Shown here: in pieces, positions 55,775-59,637 of the stretch
Numbering within the stretch: the stretch's first letter is position 1
Layout: every line of letters begins with the position of its first letter
Origin: Blastocatellia bacterium
Lineage (GTDB): Bacteria; Acidobacteriota; Blastocatellia; RBC074
Direction of reading: 5' to 3'
NCBI GenBank assembly: GCA_043719385.1
Contig: JAYSTY010000474.1
Span: forward strand, 1-59,637
Length of the DNA stretch: 59,637 bases
The notes under the pieces: generated by a model
Seen by the model: only the letters and a program-made list of their open reading frames with translations
Databases searched by the model: none
Told to the model about the DNA's origin: nothing
Translations under genes and position numbers: made by a program

Positions 55775-56113
55775 TTATTCGCTATCAATGTCGCGGCTGA
55801 GATAAAGTTTCCCCGCGTAATCATTCAACCCGATCAGCACACGATTCAGGAATCCAATGCGCCCCAGGATATTACGATTGAAGGCATAATCTTTGGCAAA
55901 ATAAACTGTCAGCTCAAAAACTGGCATCAATTTCTTCTGCACTTCTATCCTGACGGTTTTTGGTAATGACTTTAGCAGATCATATACAGACGGGCGCTCA
56001 GCCTGGCTCTCTGTCCGTCTCAACTGCTCAAAAATGAGATTGGCAAGCTGCCACTGCTCATCACGCGGCAATTTGGCGATAGTGCCGAGATAGATTTCTT
56101 GTGCGTTTTGCAT
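55775..56113 (-). CDS. small hypothetical protein co-transcribed with the MBL gene
   Basis: The ATG at 56113 follows GGAGGA. Its stop lies 3 nt before the MBL start. 112 aa, no family recognised. Confidence 0.5.
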   Translation of the reverse strand: MQNAQEIYLGTIAKLPRDEQWQLANLIFEQLRRTESQAERPSVYDLLKSLPKTVRIEVQKKLMPVFELTVYFAKDYAFNRNILGRIGFLNRVLIGLNDYAGKLYLSRDIDSE

Positions 56114-56271
56114 AAACGATCCTCCGCTCAGGATTATACTGCAAGTAACCTGAACGAATGAAGCGCAGCAACAGATCAGGTAGGCCAATTGAAAGCCCTT
56201 TCCCACCGTGTTACGATTCGTCATCCTTTTTGGAACGCAATTATTCTTCAAATCATCGGATCATAATTTTC

Positions 56272-57069
56272 ATGCGCATTTGCATTCTCGGCAGTGGTAG
56301 TTCTGGCAACGCGACGTTGATTGTCGCGGGGGAAACACGAGTTTTAGTGGATTGTGGTTTGAGCGGCAGAGAAACAATGCGGCGCATTCAGGAAGTTGGC
56401 GAAGACCCGCTTAAAATCAATGCCATCGTCATCACTCACGAACACGGAGATCATGCCAGTGGCTTGCACGTAGTTTCCAAAACAACTGGCGCACCGGTGT
56501 TTATTTCTTCTGCGACCCTGAACGCCTGCAAGCTGGGCGAGAAACAAAAAAACGTTAAGCGTGGTGAGGAGATTTCTTCCGCGCAGGATTTCGCGGTTGG
56601 GGAAATCAAATTTCATCCCTTCTCAATTCCCCACGATGCCGCCGATCCTTTCGCGTTTACGCTCGAACATAAGGGCATCAAAGTCGGAATGGCTGTTGAT
56701 CTTGGTTATTATCACGGCCTGGCCGCTGAACGCTTTCGGGATTGTGATGCCCTGGTGTTGGAATCAAATTACGAAACTGACATGTTGCGTGCCTGTACCT
56801 ATTATCCCTGGTCATTGAAGCAAAGAATTATGGGGCGGCATGGGCATGTTTCCAATGATGAATTGTCGCGCTTTTTGCGCGATGATTTTGATGGCAAAGC
56901 GCAACATATTGTGCTGGCCCATTTGTCGCAAAATTCCAATCACCCGGAAGTCGCACGTCTGGCTGCGATTCAGGCCTTGCAGGAACGCTCGCCGTTATTT
57001 TCGGCGGATGCTGAACGACGCGTAAAGATTGCGAATTACGCAAAACCAAGCGCGTGGATTGAGTTGTAA
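56272..57069 (+). CDS. cytoplasmic MBL-fold metallo-hydrolase (YycJ/PhnP-like)
   Basis: [29 protein letters not shown] (HxHxDH), and LAHLSQNSN. Confidence 0.88.
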   Translation: MRICILGSGSSGNATLIVAGETRVLVDCGLSGRETMRRIQEVGEDPLKINAIVITHEHGDHASGLHVVSKTTGAPVFISSATLNACKLGEKQKNVKRGEEISSAQDFAVGEIKFHPFSIPHDAADPFAFTLEHKGIKVGMAVDLGYYHGLAAERFRDCDALVLESNYETDMLRACTYYPWSLKQRIMGRHGHVSNDELSRFLRDDFDGKAQHIVLAHLSQNSNHPEVARLAAIQALQERSPLFSADAERRVKIANYAKPSAWIEL

Positions 57070-57071
57070 TT

Positions 57072-58208
57072 ATGAAAAAAGAATGCGGCATAAAAATCTT
57101 TGCCACGATCTTATTTTGCCTCCTGCCTGCTTCCCTTTGCGCACAATCCGGTCGGAAACCTGTCCCCGACCCAAACAATCCAAATATTCCTAAAGAAAAA
57201 GCTGACCTCAGAATTGAGACACGTGAAGTTCGGCTGCCGATCAGGGCTTATGATGCCATCGGCAGACCCGTCACCAATCTCACGCCCAAAGATATAGTCA
57301 TCATCGAAAGCGGCGAGTCACGCCTCACCACCAGCCTTAAACTTGAACCGGCAAATATTTTGCTGGTACTGGATTTGAGCAATGAAATCGGCACTTTCAA
57401 GAACGGTGAAAGTGATCGTGAGAATATCTTTTCAGACGATAAAGATTACAAAAAAACTGAACCGACGGATATGGTTGTGCGCAAATCTACGCCGCTGTTT
57501 GCGCAACCTGCGCCACGCGAATTTGCCTATAATTTAGTTGATAACCTCGCCGCAACCGACCGCATCGCTATCATCCAATATTCTGACAAAGTGCAATTAA
57601 TCCAGGATTGGACGGACAACCACAAGCAGGCGCACGAGGCCTTATCAGCAAAATTTCGCACCGGGATTCAATCCACTTATTATGACGCGCTGGCCTTAGC
57701 CACAAAAAAATTAACGGAATGCCAAACCGGGCGGCGCGTGCTGATTTTATTGAGCGACGGATTTGATTCAGCGAGTAAGACTAAGCAAAACAAAGCAATG
57801 GACGCGCTGCTAAAAACTGAGACCTCCATTTTTGTTGTGAGCTGGACGGAGCTGTTACGCTCCGAAATTATCAAGGCAATGCAATGGAATAACACGAACG
57901 AACAACCCGGATCACGGCTGTACAAACGCCAGAATGAATTGCATGTATTTTTGAATAAACTGGAGGGCAAAGAAATTGAGTTGAAAAATTTAGCTGAAAT
58001 CACGGGCGGCGAATTTTATCTGCCGACGCGTTTCAAATTTTTCCTGCGCCAGCCCGAGGAAATTCTCAAAGACATCGGCGCCCAATACACCCTGACATAT
58101 CTAACGGAACGCGAATTCGTAGACACAACTTTTCGCTCAATTCAGGTTTTGGCGGCCCGCTCCGGCCTGACGGTTAAGTCCAGGCAACGAAGGTACAATG
58201 AAGACTAA
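57072..58208 (+). CDS. secreted VWA-related protein (TIGR03436-like), paralog type of 24785..25780
   Basis: Signal peptide, then ILLVLDLSNE, RVLILLSDGFDSAS, TSIFVVSW, and ITGGEFYLP...YTLTYL at the end. Confidence 0.8.
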   Translation: MKKECGIKIFATILFCLLPASLCAQSGRKPVPDPNNPNIPKEKADLRIETREVRLPIRAYDAIGRPVTNLTPKDIVIIESGESRLTTSLKLEPANILLVLDLSNEIGTFKNGESDRENIFSDDKDYKKTEPTDMVVRKSTPLFAQPAPREFAYNLVDNLAATDRIAIIQYSDKVQLIQDWTDNHKQAHEALSAKFRTGIQSTYYDALALATKKLTECQTGRRVLILLSDGFDSASKTKQNKAMDALLKTETSIFVVSWTELLRSEIIKAMQWNNTNEQPGSRLYKRQNELHVFLNKLEGKEIELKNLAEITGGEFYLPTRFKFFLRQPEEILKDIGAQYTLTYLTEREFVDTTFRSIQVLAARSGLTVKSRQRRYNED

Positions 58209-58296
58209 AGACGATAAAAATTAGCACACAATCTCTTCCCTGATCCGACACTTTCTTCTACTTGACTATAATAGTCAGGTACCCTAATCTTTCTCA

Positions 58297-58584
58297 ATGA
58301 TCCAAAACGTCAACATCGCGGAACTTAAATCCAGGCTCAGCTTCTACCTGAAACAGGTACAAGCGGGACAGGAAATTATTATCCGTGACCGACAACGCGC
58401 AATCGGGCGGATCACGCCAATCAGTCCTGATACTGAGCCGGATGAAAATTTGCTGGCGTTGCATACACAGGGAAAAATCAAACTTGGCAATGGGGAAATT
58501 ACCGCCGAGTTCTGGCAATTGCCTAAACCGCGCATCAAGGGAAAAACGCTCAAGGAAATAATGGATGAAGAAAGGGAAGGTTAA
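58297..58584 (+). CDS. type II antitoxin (Phd/YefM family)
   Basis: MIQNVNIAELKSRLSFYLKQVQAGQEIIIRDRQRAIGRITPI. It overlaps the downstream PIN gene by 20 nt. Confidence 0.75.
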   Translation: MIQNVNIAELKSRLSFYLKQVQAGQEIIIRDRQRAIGRITPISPDTEPDENLLALHTQGKIKLGNGEITAEFWQLPKPRIKGKTLKEIMDEEREG

Positions 58585-59020
58585 GCCCGCGCCCGCATTC
58601 TGGGATATCAGCGCCATCATTCTGCTTTGTTGTCAACAACCGCAATCCGCCAAAGCGCGTCAATTATTGCGGAAAAATCCTGCCATGGTTGTTTGGTGGG
58701 GAACTGTGGTGGAGGCGGCTTCAGCTTTCAATCGGCTGTTGCGACAGGGTTATTTCACGGCTGGCAATTTTAAACAAGCCGACCATGCACTTAATCATTT
58801 GGTGGAGCATTGGCACGAAGTTCAACCCCTCGACGAAATTCGCAGCGAGGCCAAACGACTACTAAAAATGTATCCGCTGCGTGCGGCAGATGCACTGCAA
58901 TTAGCGGCAGCCATGATCTGGTGTCGCAAACATCCCAAACAACATCTTTTCATCAGCGCGGATGTGAACTTGCTGAATGCCGCACATTCCGAAGGTTTTT
59001 CAATCGAAGATATTAATTAG
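58565..59020 (+). CDS. vapC: PIN-domain toxin (VapC family)
   Basis: FWDISAII (first acidic residue), LRAADALQLAAA, and FISADVNLLNAA. The size and gene pairing fit VapBC. Confidence 0.75.
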   Translation: MKKGKVKPAPAFWDISAIILLCCQQPQSAKARQLLRKNPAMVVWWGTVVEAASAFNRLLRQGYFTAGNFKQADHALNHLVEHWHEVQPLDEIRSEAKRLLKMYPLRAADALQLAAAMIWCRKHPKQHLFISADVNLLNAAHSEGFSIEDIN

Positions 59021-59027
59021 AACACTT

Positions 59028-59637
59028 ATGATTTCACGTTACACAATGCCCGAAATGGGCGCAATCTGGACGGAAGAAAATAAATATTGCAAATGGCTCG
59101 AAGTCGAAATCGCAGCTTGCCAGGCCAACGCCGAAGCGGGCGACATCCCGATGGAAGCTGTCGCCGTCATCCGCGAAAAAGCAGCGTTCACCGTCGAGCG
59201 TATTCACGAGCTTGAGAAAATTACCGATCACGACGTGATTGCCTTCACAACAAATTTAGCTGAAAACATTGGCGAAGAAGCGCGTTGGGTGCATTACGGC
59301 CTAACTTCCTCTGACGTAGTTGACACCGCCAACGGCATGCTAATGCGCGAAGCGGGCGATATGATTATTGCCAAATTGCAGACGCTCAGCGACCTGCTCA
59401 AACGTAAAGCTTTCGCGTACAAAGACACGCCGATGATCGGGCGCACGCACGGAATTCATGCGGAACCGACTACGATGGGAATGAATTTCGCGTTATGGTT
59501 TGAAGAAAATCGCCGCAACGTGGATCGAATGCAACGCGCGCGCGACGGCATCAGCTACGGCAAATTGTCCGGCGCAGTTGGCACGTTTGCGCACCTTGAA
59601 CCGGAAATCGAAGAGCGCGTTTGTTTCCTGCTTGGAC
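59028..59637 (+). CDS. purB: adenylosuccinate lyase (3' end cut by window edge)
   Basis: MISRYTMPEMGAIWTEENKYCKWLEVEIAACQA..., GLTSSDVVDT, and GRTHGIHAEPTT. The frame is open to the end of the window. It is absent from the ORF track because it has no stop. Confidence 0.9.
   Translation, partial: MISRYTMPEMGAIWTEENKYCKWLEVEIAACQANAEAGDIPMEAVAVIREKAAFTVERIHELEKITDHDVIAFTTNLAENIGEEARWVHYGLTSSDVVDTANGMLMREAGDMIIAKLQTLSDLLKRKAFAYKDTPMIGRTHGIHAEPTTMGMNFALWFEENRRNVDRMQRARDGISYGKLSGAVGTFAHLEPEIEERVCFLLG

Overview
This is a 59.6-kb chromosomal window, about 50% GC. The gene content suggests Acidobacteriota, possibly Blastocatellia-like. The markers are TIGR03437-type and TIGR03436-type (acidobacterial VWFA) domain proteins, a CarboxypepD_reg-TonB receptor of about 1240 aa, and a PF07638/TIGR02999-type ECF sigma factor. 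Most of the window is housekeeping: yebC, prs-rplY-pth-rpsF-rpsR-rplI-dnaB-alr, ispE, tRNA-Gln, rsmI, purB, rseP, two APC permeases, a pullulanase and ppgK. I found no rRNA, CRISPR array, transposase or integrase. The most unusual locus is at 45.5-48.8 kb. It is a 677-aa fusion of an N-terminal SEFIR/TIR-like domain, a central uncharacterised (possibly PLD-like) module and a C-terminal class I SAM methyltransferase. A GT4 glycosyltransferase follows 55 nt downstream. The pair sits near a VapBC pair and its codon usage looks foreign. I propose it as a candidate undescribed TIR-based, defence-like system. Other notable items: (1) a 496-aa LAGLIDADG intein splitting the DnaB Walker A motif. (2) A RecU-like resolvase in the position after yebC where ruvC commonly sits. 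(3) A 1968-aa secreted protein with three tandem ~1.2-kb modules, divergent from an ECF sigma that has no adjacent anti-sigma but has rseP downstream. (4) Two copies of a ~250-bp nested-palindrome, MITE-like repeat between convergent genes. (5) An AT-rich two-gene cassette at 30.8-31.9 kb. (6) Several long structured intergenic elements. All functional calls come from motif recognition by eye; no searches were run.
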